A stretch of 64,000 nucleotides of DNA from contig JANHCV010000015.1 of assembly GCA_025594325.1 (NCBI GenBank), forward strand, positions 496,001 to 560,000, read 5' to 3'. Numbering within the stretch: position 1 is the stretch's first letter; each line of letters starts with the position of its first letter. Below are positions 1 to 11,104 of the stretch, piece by piece. Source of the stretch: Blastocladiella emersonii ATCC 22665. Lineage: Eukaryota; Fungi; Blastocladiomycota. Below the pieces are notes generated by a model. That model searched no databases and was not told the origin of the DNA. It saw only the letters and a list, made by a program, of their open reading frames with translations. The position numbers and the translations under genes were made by a program.

Positions 1-283
1 TGGTCGCAGCCGTTGCCCGCGCGGATGTGGTCGAACTACACCGGTATCACCGGCAACCGCTCGCAGTCACCGTCCTTCTCGCCGTACATGCGGTCGCGGC
101 GGGATGCGCAGCCCTTTTGGAGGAGATTCTTGCTTGCGTCGGGCGCTGTGCGCTGGGCGCCATGACAACGCGGCCACGGAAGGGCACCCCGCTCGCATCG
201 AGACGACGCGGTCACAGCTAGTTTCTGTTCGGCTCAGCTTGACCGAGTCGTTGAAACTTGCTCCGTTTATGGACATTTGGGAT

Positions 284-325
284 CTCGCATTCCGTCAAAA
301 CAGTCTCGCATTCCGTCAAAACAGT
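284..325 (+). repeat. Exact 21-bp tandem duplication (CTCGCATTCCGTCAAAACAGT x2)
   Basis: Read directly: 284-304 and 305-325 are identical; gives LAFRQNS x2 in ORF 104..520. Confidence 0.9.
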
Positions 326-1304
326 CAAGACGAAATCAGCAAGGGATTCGCAGAGCGGGACTGGCTCCCCCGCTTCACAGCCTTTCTTGCGTTCACCGCA
401 ACCGTACACTGGCAGTACGACTCGCTTCAGCTGCTCGCGCTCCCAGAGCGCGGCACCGACCAAGCCGAACTTGTCGCGATTCTGTCGGCGAAACCAGGCG
501 CGGGGCCGCTGACCAAGTGAGGTGAGGAGGTTCGGACAGCAATCGCCTCTGCCAACTACATCAAGGGTTTGTCCCTCTCGATCTTCACATGCAACAGTTG
601 CAGCAATCTCAACCATCCTACTTATCTGGCCTTTGATTGCGGCATGCGTCCCTGCGGAAAACTTCGACACGCACGGCGACAGGGGTTTGAGTACAGCACT
701 CTCAACTGCATTGGCAAACCAGCTCGTCCGACAGCTTGAAAGCTCCGCATCGCGGTCCGCGACTCTGGTATGAGTAGCACCCGCGCAGGCGACGTGAAGA
801 AGGACGCGTCGCTCACGGCGAGCGCTGCTGAGAAGACGTGTCGCACCGCCGGCGCGGATGTGTTGGTCAGCCAGGCGAGTTTGATATTGTCGCTGCGGCT
901 CGGAGCCCCGGACGCGTTCCGTGTCGTGTGTACAGTCTGCGGTGGAACATTCAGCCAATCGATTGACTCGCTTCCTGACACTGTCACCCGCCGCACGGAT
1001 GCGCTCGAGCGCGAGGCTCTCGCGACACGTTTTACTTTCACGCGCGCGCCGCTCGCGTTGCTACGGGGAGGCGCGCGCGCATGCAAAACGGGCGCTCCCT
1101 GCGTCGAGCTGCGCCACCTCGGTGGCTTTGCGCGCGCGCACCCGTTTCAGACGTGCAACGCGACGGCAAGCCGAAACGCTCCGCCACGCAAGCCGCGGAA
1201 CACGGTGCCATCGCGATGCACCGAAAACGTCAACGCGGGCGCTCGAAGCGATGACTCTCGGATCACTGAGCCGAGCATCTCCGAGCTTCGCGAGGCCGCG
1301 AGAG

Positions 1305-1311
1305 TATAAAA
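1305..1311 (+). promoter_or_regulatory. TATA box of MTFG protein copy 1
   Basis: TATAAAA ~97 bp upstream of ATG 1402 in GC-rich context; equivalent box upstream of all four paralogs. Confidence 0.75.
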
Positions 1312-1401
1312 GGGACCCGCGTCCCCCGCACCTCTCAGCTAGTCCAGCACCAGCGACTCGCAGCTCCATCCCTCTCCCTCGACGCACTCTCCTCTTTCAA
1401 C

Positions 1402-2028
1402 ATGACCTTCGGCATCATTGGCGGCAAGATCGGCGCGATCATCGGCGGCGGTGCCAACTGCAACACGGGCTTCAACGGCGGCTTCAACGGCGGCTTCAAC
1501 GGCGGCTTCAACGGCGGCTTCAACGGCAACTACAACAACGGCGGAAACTGGGGCCACGGCGGCCAGTACAACAACGGCGGAAACTACTACAACGACGGCT
1601 CGTACTACAACGGCCACAGCGGCAACTGGAACTCGGACTGGAACTCCAACTGGAACAGCAACTGGAACTCGGACTGGAACTCGAGCTGGGGCGGTAACGG
1701 CAACTGGGGCGGGAACGGCAACTGGGGCGGCAACGGCAGCTGGGGCCACGGCGGCCGCTGCCAGCGCGACGAGGACGGTTCTTCGTCGCACCTGCAGTCG
1801 ACGGACAACGGTGGCGACGCGTTCCAGTCGGCGGGTGACGCGTTCCAGGCCTCCTCGGCCCAGCAGCAGCACGTCGACTCGTTCTCGGCTGCCAGCGCTA
1901 CCTCGCACAACAGCGTCGACGAGTTCTCTGCCGCGTCGACCGTCGACCACTCGTTCGTCTCGCACGCCGCGGACGCGCACGCCCAGGCTGAGGCCGCTGC
2001 GTCGGTTTCGTCGTCGACTATCGCCTAA
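1402..2028 (+). CDS. Gly/Asn/Trp-rich low-complexity protein, MTFG family copy 1 (208 aa)
   Basis: GGFN/YNNGG repeats, WNSx repeats, GGRCQRDEDG linker and a conserved ~80-aa C-terminus shared with three other copies; TATA box; strong GC3 bias. Confidence 0.85.
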   Translation: MTFGIIGGKIGAIIGGGANCNTGFNGGFNGGFNGGFNGGFNGNYNNGGNWGHGGQYNNGGNYYNDGSYYNGHSGNWNSDWNSNWNSNWNSDWNSSWGGNGNWGGNGNWGGNGSWGHGGRCQRDEDGSSSHLQSTDNGGDAFQSAGDAFQASSAQQQHVDSFSAASATSHNSVDEFSAASTVDHSFVSHAADAHAQAEAAASVSSSTIA

Positions 2029-2332
2029 ACGTCCTGTGTGAGAGGCGGGGAGCAGGTCTCGCCCGTCTCGGATTGGAATAAACTAGTCTCTTTTTCACTT
2101 GTTGAACGGCCGTGGCTTGAACTGTGAGCAGCCTTGAGAGACAGAAAGCATCGCAGGTGTGGCGCGACGCGAGTCGGCTCGCGATCAGTTGCTGGCGGAT
2201 GTTAAGGTCGGCGCGAGACAGAAGCAACCGTTACGTTTGACAGACACAACCTTCATGTTATACACGTCACAGCCCGATCAAGCTCAAATCAAACAACGTA
2301 GCATCGTTTGCCCAAAAACTCGCGCGGCGGAA

Positions 2333-3451
2333 CTAGTGCTTTGGAAGGAACCCCAGCTCCGCGAGCCGCTGCTCCAGGTCCGTACCCTCGAGGTCGTCAA
2401 ACTCGGACGCGATGCGGCGTCGAAAGTTCCGCCGCTCGCCGCGCGAAGCCGTCTCGATTGCTCGCACATCGAAGCGGTTCAAGGCCTCGAGGAAGAGATC
2501 AGGGTCTTGGCGGATATAGGTGAGCTCGCAGATGAAGCGAGAATCCGCGTCGGGCTTCCAGCCGTGCTTGACAAGCCAGTCGAGCTGCAAGAGAACGTCG
2601 CCGTTGCTGCATTCGGCGAGCTCGAGGCCGTCTAGGAGCAGTTCCGTGCTGAGCTGATCGGAAAGTGCGCTGGCCACAGCACGACCGTTGAGCCCGTACA
2701 ATTGGAGATGAGAAAGCTTGGAGATCTTCCACGCAAACAGCGCACGAGCGGCCATATACTCAATCAACGGGAGGGCATCGTGGCGAGCGTACGGATCGTC
2801 CTCGGACCACTCTTCCAGAAGCTCGTTTGACATCTCGAGGTCGCAGCAGTCGACGTGAAACCAGTCTTGACGCGTGAGAGGAGCCTCGCGGAGGAAGGGA
2901 AGCTCGAAGAATGCAACGCCGAGAGCAAAGTCGAGCCGCGGAAAATCGCCGACCATGAAGAAGAAAAGCGCGAGCTCGAGCAGAATCACAATTGGGTCCC
3001 ACGCTGAAGTCATGGGCGAGGCCGCAGCAGCTTGGATGCGGTGCGAAGTGTGAGCTGCGAGCTTTGTCACGTCGTAAATCTCGCGCTCTGTCATGTCGAT
3101 GCGCGCCGCGTGAGCGAGGTGCGCAACAAACATGGCCGAAAGGTGGTGCCAGTGGTCATATATGTGGTGCATCTGCGCCATCTCCTCGTCGTCGCACGCG
3201 ACCGCGGTGCGCCACAGAGCAAGGAAGAACTGCATCGGGGCCCAGCCGTGGCCGTATTCGCACCCGTTGGACAGGAGCTCCTCGTTGCAGTTGACAATGA
3301 GGCGGCGAGTCCAGACAAAGCAGGGTTTGCGCTGCGAGGCGGCGATGCAGATCGCGCGGCAAGTGGTGGCAAGGGTCGAGCGTGGCGTAGCAAGGGCCAC
3401 GACGAGCTCGAGCGCGTGTCTCGGGAGGGCAGGCAAGGTCGTTTGATTCAT
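2333..3451 (-). CDS. Hypothetical protein with F-box-like N-terminus (~372 aa)
   Basis: Long ORF; probable start MNQTTLPALPRHALELVVALA at 3451 resembles an F-box LPxE motif; intronless. Confidence 0.55.
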   Translation of the reverse strand: MNQTTLPALPRHALELVVALATPRSTLATTCRAICIAASQRKPCFVWTRRLIVNCNEELLSNGCEYGHGWAPMQFFLALWRTAVACDDEEMAQMHHIYDHWHHLSAMFVAHLAHAARIDMTEREIYDVTKLAAHTSHRIQAAAASPMTSAWDPIVILLELALFFFMVGDFPRLDFALGVAFFELPFLREAPLTRQDWFHVDCCDLEMSNELLEEWSEDDPYARHDALPLIEYMAARALFAWKISKLSHLQLYGLNGRAVASALSDQLSTELLLDGLELAECSNGDVLLQLDWLVKHGWKPDADSRFICELTYIRQDPDLFLEALNRFDVRAIETASRGERRNFRRRIASEFDDLEGTDLEQRLAELGFLPKH

Positions 3452-3621
3452 GTTGCAGCAAGTCTCATGCGCTTCGTGGGTGGGTAGAGCTTCAGCAGCA
3501 GGAGCGGGAGCCGGGGCCGGGCCGCAGGTGACCGACGCGTCGCCGGTTGGTTGCGTCAACAAGTTCGGATGCTCCGCTCCTCGCCCTCCCCGCCCGACCG
3601 CACACCGCTGATGCCAAACCA

Positions 3622-5505
3622 ATGGAAACGCTTAACAACTTGACGCAACGAGCACAGCTGCCCTTGGAGCTGCTCCCGACTCCTGCCCAGCGCAAGATCG
3701 CTGCACACCTCGCCCTTGTCGACGCAGCTGCGCTTCGCGCCGCGAGCCGCTCGGTGAACAGCTCCGAGGTGTGGCACGGACAAACGTGGTGGCCGATGCT
3801 CTTTGACCTTGCCGCAAACGACGAAACGCGGTTCGCGTGCGTTGCCCCTGTGTTTCCGCTTCCTGGTAAGCAAGTACCCGAATCTCGTCGCGAGGCGCTC
3901 TTCAATCTCTTTCATGTTCTTGCAACAGCCCTAATCAAGCGAAACGTTGGCGACGCAGCCCCTTGGGAGCTTCTCGTCGGCTGGACACATGGCCATCACC
4001 CGTCAGACGAGCGCACGTTCTGGTCGCTTAGCGATCTTGCCGCCCAAATTTGCGCAGCGCAGGCCATGCTTGCGCTCGTTACGATCAAGACGCCCTCCGG
4101 CGAACCCGTCCACGACGTTCTCTTTGATCTCAACCGCCACGAATGCATGTACTCAGGAAAGGACGGACTTCTCCGCCTCGCCATGGCTCAACCACACGCA
4201 ATCGAAGTTCTGCGCGAGTCCAACAAAATCCCGATCGGCGACGCGACTGCGCTCCTGTGTGCTACCTTTTACCACGCCTGCAAGAAAACCTTTTGGCCTC
4301 CTGTTCCAGCAATCGATATCGTTTTCCGACCGCCGGTAGTGACGCTGCTTGCCGTATTACTCGATGCACCCGCGCACCTGACGCGCCATCCTGAATACCC
4401 GATCGGGACCGTTATGACGGAACTGGTCAAGCAGGCGCTGGAACTTGGCAGCTTCGTCGAGCACGTGCAGTTGCTAACTGATCTCCTCATTCTCGCGCGG
4501 CACGCCGACCCACAATCCCACGCCATAGAGCGCGGGCTTCGGATCGAGCTCGTTAACGGGATCGCTCCTGTGCGGACCCGTGTCGAAGACTTGCTTCCCG
4601 ATGGCCGCACGTCGGCCGACCTCAATGCACTTCTCCCAGTCATCAACCTTGCCATGGACGGCGGCGACGTGTTTGCGCGTGTGATTGCTGAGCTGGTAGC
4701 TTACCCCGTGCTCTATGCTGCCGATCCCGACAATTTGCGTCACTTGCGCGCTGGTGGCACCCAAACGCTTTGATGCTCCGTTGGATTACAAGCCGGCTGC
4801 TGCATCCCAGCGGCTACTACTACGAGGTGCTGACCTCGGTTGCCGACTTTGTCCCACACTTCCCACTCATTATGGGTCTTGGCGACCAAGGGTTTCCCCA
4901 GTTGCAAAGCGTATCGGATGCATGGGTTCTTCGCTCTGAGCCGGACACCGACACTGAGTGGTACGCACTGTGTTCGCAGATTACGACCGAATTCCAAAGG
5001 ATGCTTCGCGTCGCATCGCAAAACGTACTTGATATCGTTGCCAATCGCTGGGCCGACCGCATCACGGACGATTTTGCCGACTTGCAGGCTGTTCTCAACA
5101 TCGAGTATCCCTGCGCAGAAGTACTAGAGTCGGATGAACCCCTTGACGCGAGCCCGATTGGCGTCAATGGTCTCGGCCTGCGCTTGTTCACAGCGGTGGG
5201 CAAGTTCGCCATTGACCCAAATTGTATCCTTGGGAACTGTATGGACCAGCTAAGCCAGCTTACAACCCTTCGTGGCCGCCCTTGGAAGTGTTCGGCTGCG
5301 TTTCTACGCGAACTGTTCGGTCGCAATTGGTCGTCGCAATTGGTCGTCAGGCAAGGCAAAGCTGGTCGTGTTCCTCAACGGTCTTCGGGCAAGCGGCGTG
5401 CTCGACGATCCTGAGTGTCTAACGCTACTCGACAACTGGCTAGCTGAAGGTGGTGAGATTCTTTGTGCGGATCACGAGGCAATTATTAAGCATAAACGCT
5501 ACTGA
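3622..5505 (+). pseudogene. F-box-like protein gene, apparently broken by two frameshifts
   Basis: N-terminus LPLELLPTPAQRKIAAHLALVDAAALRAASRS is F-box-like. Reading continues 3622-4773, shifts frame at ~4770, and shifts again at a 13-bp tandem duplication (5321-5346) into the frame ending at 5505. Confidence 0.55.
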
Positions 5506-6082
5506 ATTGAGTTTTTCGTGTCTTTACAGCTTGTCATCACACGCGCATCACGTCGGACCTGCGGTGAAACGCGACAGGAGCCTCGTTGCGCCACATCGCA
5601 CACGCTCGGCGCGTTGCGCGACATCGTTTCTAGTGCTTCGAGCGATGACCATGACTCGCGACGCGAAAACGCTCTCCAGCAAGTAAAAGTGACGCGAGGT
5701 TGGGCGCTAATGACTAAGTTGCATACTGGCGAGCGGACCAATTTCCACTCACAGGATTCGAACCTGCGGTGCCTCAGCCAGCCCTACCATGGTTGAGCCG
5801 CCAAGCTTTCACTGCCCGACGTTCAGGGCAACGCGCGCGTTATTGTACGTGAAGCGCGTCGTTTTGAAGCGCGTCGTTTTGATGCAACGCGCGCGTTTAC
5901 GCCAAGTAGGCTCGCTAGGCTCGCACCGGGAAAGTTTTTAGCGCAACAGGGGCGTGATCTATAGCTGACTTGATCGAGGAATGGAGCGATGAAAAAACTA
6001 CGACCTCTTGCAGCCAATCTCAACATATATATGTACATGGAACTCATCACTCAAACCTCGCTCGTCGGCCAGCCGACAACAC

Positions 6083-7123
6083 TTACACCATGAACGCAGC
6101 AAGCGCGACCATGATCGCGGCCACCGTTGCGACGCTCGCGCGAGAAACCGAGTCAGCGGACGAAACCAGCGCCGACTGCTCAGTGGCCTTGTCGGCCGAG
6201 TTCTTGGCCGGAGAGCCGTACGCGCCCGTGGGCGCGGCGAGAGCAGCAGTTGAACACACGGTCGTCGAAACGCCCGGAGCCGCGACATCGTTGGCCTTCG
6301 CGGGCGAGCCGTACGCCGTGCCGCTGCCCGAGACCGGCGACCCAGACGACGCGTCGCTACCCGCAGCAAGGCCGTAGCGCTGCGCCATCTCCGAGTTGAA
6401 CACGAGCGGGCGCGCCGTGTAGCCGATGGCCTTGATGATCTTCTGCATCTGGCTGACGCCCATGGACAGCGGCCGCGACGCGACGTACCACGACACGCCC
6501 TCGGTGCACGGCGGCGCGGTGAGGCTGCCCGAGTACGAGAAGAAGCCGCCCTGCGCCAGCGACACAATGTCCTGCGTCTCGAACAGCGCGTCGAGCGTCG
6601 CCGACTTGTCGTCCTCAGGGATCTTGGCGAGCGCCTCGGTCCACTTCGGGTTGTCGGCGGCTGACTGCTCGACGAACAGGCCGAGCACGGCGATCTTGCC
6701 CTCGGGCGTCATGTGCACCATGTGGAACTCGCCGTCGAAGAAGCGGCCGTCGATGCGGTGCTCGGACGGCGTGTGGATGTGGAACTGCTGTAGCGTGAAC
6801 TTGGTCCCGTTGACGGTCAGCCCGCGGTCCTTGGCGGCCGCGTCGACGGGCGTGAACTGCAGAGTGTGCCCGAGGTTGCTGACGTTGAACTTGGACATGC
6901 TGGTCAGCTTGAAGTCGGGGAACCCGGTGTTGCGCACGTCGTTGCCCTTGAAGTCCACGGGCGACTGGCTCCGACCCTTGTCGCACGCCGCGTAGTCGGC
7001 CTTGATGGAGCCCCACTTGCTGGGACCGTCGAGCGCGCCGTAGCCCCAGTCGACACTCGCAGCCGTCGTGGACGCGGTCATGGCCGCGAGGGCGAGAAGG
7101 AGGAGTGTCGAGATGGGCTGCAT
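6083..7123 (-). CDS. Secreted, probably GPI-anchored alpha-carbonic anhydrase (~346 aa)
   Basis: Signal peptide MQPISTLLLLALAAMTAS; WGY..GPSKWG, QSPVD, zinc ligands QFHIHTPSEH...EFHMVH, YSGSLTAPPCTEGVSW; Ser/Ala-rich tail with hydrophobic C-terminus. Confidence 0.92.
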   Translation of the reverse strand: MQPISTLLLLALAAMTASTTAASVDWGYGALDGPSKWGSIKADYAACDKGRSQSPVDFKGNDVRNTGFPDFKLTSMSKFNVSNLGHTLQFTPVDAAAKDRGLTVNGTKFTLQQFHIHTPSEHRIDGRFFDGEFHMVHMTPEGKIAVLGLFVEQSAADNPKWTEALAKIPEDDKSATLDALFETQDIVSLAQGGFFSYSGSLTAPPCTEGVSWYVASRPLSMGVSQMQKIIKAIGYTARPLVFNSEMAQRYGLAAGSDASSGSPVSGSGTAYGSPAKANDVAAPGVSTTVCSTAALAAPTGAYGSPAKNSADKATEQSALVSSADSVSRASVATVAAIMVALAAFMV

Positions 7124-7941
7124 GGTGGTGATGGAGGGAGGCGAGTTTGTACAATCGCTCGATCCAGTCGAGACGATGAGGTTGCAAGATGAGCAGCCGA
7201 CCAGCAAACCGTCGATGGTGGGAGTGATGATGAGCCGAGTAGGAGGGGCGGGGTCCCTGCCGCTCTTGTACTCGCGCGCCGTAGTCATGGAAACATCCCT
7301 GCCCTTGCCCGAAAGCAACTAGAAAACCGCGGTAAATGAACCGGGTGGCGAGTCCGCTTCCCCTAGTGAGGTGCGCACAAGGGTGCATCGAAAAGCCCGC
7401 TGTCAAGATGGGCGCCGCAGCGCGACCCAGCCACTGCATCGCAGCTGAGCCACGATGACCGCCTCGTCATTTCGAACCCCGCAATCTGGTGCGGCGCACA
7501 AGCCCCCGGCTGCACCGTGCACCCAATTTCGAAATGTTGACCCTGCCTTGGATGTTCCGACGCGTTTGAGTTATGGAACGCACAACATGGCAGTCGGCTC
7601 AGCATCAACCTGGAGAAACAGCTCCACTCTGATTGAATGACAGGCTTGGTAGACTAGGAGCTGTTCACGACGTTCCGACCTGCAATGAAAACCGTAGGGC
7701 TCGGAAGGTGTGGCGCAACACGGTCAGGTGACCCAGCTCTACACCTTGCTTCGACGCGTTTGCCTCGCGAGTAGCGTTTGGTTGTGAATCTTCCACGACA
7801 AGAGATACGTTTTCACGCAAAGCAACGGTTGGAGGGCTGGTCAGCGAACCGAGTCAAAAGGTGTACGCTGACGAGACGGATCAACGATTTCAAAGAACTG
7901 TTATTACTTAAACTATTCAAACTTGCTTCGACAAACTCACA

Positions 7942-10678
7942 TTACTTTCTGCCCGCGGGGAGCACGAACCACTCGGCATGTCCGTCCGCGCTGCTGTGCA
8001 CAGGGAGATCAGGAAGCAGCGCCGCCGCCTCGGCGTCATCGTCGTCAGTCGGCACCGCCGAATACGAAGAAGCGCCGGCGCCGAGCGTGGCGGCACTCGG
8101 AGCTGGGACCTGGGCGCGGCGCTGCTGCTGCAACTTGTGCTGCTGCGCGACGCTGTCGCCCGAGACGAGCGCGTTCTGCTCCTGCAGCGTGAGGTACGAG
8201 CCCGTCGGCAGGACGCAGATCTGGTCCTCGGGCACAATCTCCTCGAGCCAGTCGTAGCAATCGTCGAGGAACTTTTGCGGGCCGCACAGCACGATGCGCA
8301 GCGCGGGCCGCATCTCCTCGGCGACGTGTTTCTGCTGCTCGACCAGGTCCAGGTACCCGCACTGCCTCATCACGCCCTTGACGTAGTCGCGGTCGACGCG
8401 GCCCTGCGTCGTGAACTGCGTGGCCGACGCGGTGCCGAGCGACTTGACGCGGTAGTACGTCTGGAACTGGCGCGGGTAGGCGTTGCTGATGAGGTCGAAG
8501 GTCGTGCGTCCGACGAGGTGGTCGAGCGAGGCCTCGGCCGCGACCATGGTGAAGCGCGGGGTCCGGCCGATCCACGGCACGAGCGCGCGCAGCGGCAAGT
8601 ACCCGTCGCAGTGCGTCGTGGTGTTGGTCGCCCACACCCACCCGCTGTGCATCGGGTACTTGATGAGCACGCGGTCGCGCGGGCTGACGCGCAGCATGTT
8701 GGCCGCGCTGCCGCTGCCACCGCCGTCCTGCGCGTGCGCCACGGCGGCGAGCTGCGGGAAGTAGGTCTGCGCGAACTGGAACACGGCCGACTGCAGACCC
8801 GGCACCGTGCCCGAACCGACGCCGATGAAGACAATGTGGTCGAAGCTGCCGTTCCCGATCGGCATGGCGCGCTCGGGGTTCATCAGCGGGCTCCCGAACG
8901 GGCCGCGGATCTGGAACTGGCGGTGGTGCTCGACGCCGATCTCGTTGATCAGGTCCGACATGAGGCCGCCCGGCCGCACCTTGATGGCGATGGTGAAGTG
9001 CGTCGCGTTGCCCGAAATCGGCGTGTAGTACCGCGTCACGTACGGCGACCCGTCGTGTCCAGCGCGGCGCGTCATGGCGCGAGAAAGCCACAAGCGGATC
9101 TCGATGGTGTGGCCGGGGAGGAAGAAGGAAGGCTCGTCTGGGTACGCCTCGTGCGGGTACAAGAGGCAGAAGGTGAGGTGGTAACCGGCCGGACTAGCGC
9201 CGTCACTCGGCGGAGACATGAGCGTCTTCTGCGTCAGAGCGTAGCGGCGGAACTCGAACTTGGAGTAAGCGTGGCCGGCCTCGGGAATGCGCGCCACGGC
9301 CATGGTCATAAGCTTGGCGATGGCCGCGCGCGAGTGGATGTTGGTGCGCCGACTCGCGAGCACGCGCTCCCATTCGTGCTGCGTGATACGGCTTTCCGCG
9401 ATGCTCGCGTTGACCGAGCGCTCGCCCGCTGCACCACGAGTCACGGTCTGCTGCGCGTGCACGCTTGGCGCCGAAAGCGTGTTGGTCAGGTCGGTGGTCG
9501 GGATCGAGTCGGAAGCGGGACAGCCAGCGAAAGCCTTGAACAGCGACTTGTCGTACTCCTACATTCACGCGGGGCAAGGGTGTGAGTGACCGCCAGCGCA
9601 TGCACCAGAGCAGTATCCGACGTACCTCGTCAATGAACATGTCGATAACTATCGACGTGCCGATAGCGTCAAGCAAGACCTGCTGGCCGCCGGGGTGCGA
9701 CCGGATCCACTGCGTCACGTCGAGAACAAGCCCGCCGACGCCGACGACAAGCTGGCGGTGCTCGTCGGCAATCTTGCGGTTGAACGACTCCCACGTCAAG
9801 GTCGGAAGCTTGGCCGTACCTGGGTTGCTGAGAACGTCGTAAGCGAGACGGCGCGCCATCGCGCTTCCAAGAGCGGCGGGCCGACCCAGCGGAGTCATGC
9901 CATTGGGAACTGCGTCGCGCTTGGCCGTCGGCGTATCGGTTGCGTAAGGGTTGTCGGCGGCAACAAGCATATAAGCACTATCGGAAGCGGGAACCGATGC
10001 GCCAATCCCAGACAAGTCGTAACCGACATCGCTCGACGCGGTGCGACGCCGTGAGTACTCGCCGTAGCCAAAGAGCGAGACCCAGATGATCAGCGAGGCC
10101 CAGTAAACAAGGAACATGGGCGCAAAGGGCTCTTCCTTGAGCGGGAAGTCGTGATCGATACCCTGCGGCACGTTGACATACCCGAGAATCAGCAGCAGGA
10201 TACCGCACGTTGCATGGATTCGGCGATTGCGGCGAACGACGCTCTGCAAAAGCATCGTAGCACGTTGTGTCAGCGACCGCAGATGCGCGAGTCCGCCAAA
10301 AAGTTGGACACCAACAAGGCCAAGGATTGCGAACCCAAAGTCGCGGTGGGCACGTTTGCACGGCCCGGGGTTTGAGAAAATGAGCGCGATAGACACCACA
10401 ACGAGTAGGGCGCCAAAAAGCTGCACGCTGGCGTGGACCTTGCGGAAGCGAATGTCGGTTCGGTGATAGCGTGCGAGGTAGGCTGCTCCTGGAAAGAGAA
10501 CGCAGAAGACCGCGAGCATGATCAGACCATGTGCCAGAACCTTTTCATCGTCGAAGTATTTTTTGGTTTGAGTAGAGTTATTTGCGGCGGAATTGGCATA
10601 GACGGCTGTCGTTCCGAAGGTTGCAACGAGCATGAAGGCCGCCAGGACCGCCAGAAGGGCGGGAGGAGACGTCGTCAT
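7942..10678 (-). CDS. Multidomain membrane oxidoreductase: cytochrome b561 + cytochrome b5 + FAD/NAD(P)-binding reductase with SH3-like insert (~889 aa, 2 exons)
   Basis: Exons 10678-9626 and 9558-7942 join in frame across a 67-nt GT-AG intron. Four b561-type His in TM helices; b5 motif VLDVTQWIRSHPGG; RYYTPIS, IKVRPGGLMS, GVGSGTVP, LCGP reductase motifs; SH3-like segment ..GWVWATN..GYLP. Confidence 0.8.
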
Positions 10679-11104
10679 GTTGGCGTCCCAAGGATTGGGT
10701 GATCTAGACGCAAAAGGCCAAAGCGAGCTGCATGAGCGTGTTCGGAGAGGGAGAGGAACCGGGCCCTTCATGCCCGGGGTCGGTTCTTTATGTGACACCG
10801 TGCGGTGTAGGCGATTGCCACCGCAGCACGCCGTGCACCGTGCTTGCGGTTGTAAGTTTGGGACCGTAAGCACCGCAGGGACAGTAGCGCTGGTTTTCGT
10901 TTCAACTGATGGCAGACAGGTGCACGTGCCAACAAACTCGGAATCACGTTTCCCGCTGCGCGACTGAAGTCGATTCGGACGGTGCTCGACGTAGTTTGGA
11001 CGGCGGGGAATTCAAAACGATCATGTGGAATATCCCTTTCAATCCATCAAACATCCCAGTGTATTTGCGTCGAATCTTGACGAGGAGTCGACGCGCCGCG
11101 CCAC

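Noticed and set aside
5745-5770. tRNA T-arm/B-box-like sequence on the minus strand (GCAGGTTCGAATCCTGT)
   Set aside because: No matching acceptor stem, D-arm or A-box found upstream; at most a degenerate Pol III/SINE remnant. tRNAscan-SE would decide.
5851-5900. 15-bp tandem repeat GAAGCGCGTCGTTTT x2 plus a degenerate third copy
   Set aside because: Too short and no associated feature
7978-9585. Long antisense ORFs opposite real genes (also 18769-19857, 32036-34342, 34565-35524, 37126-38313, 39029-39886, 52444-53694 and others)
   Set aside because: Shadow ORFs expected from very high GC3; no protein motifs
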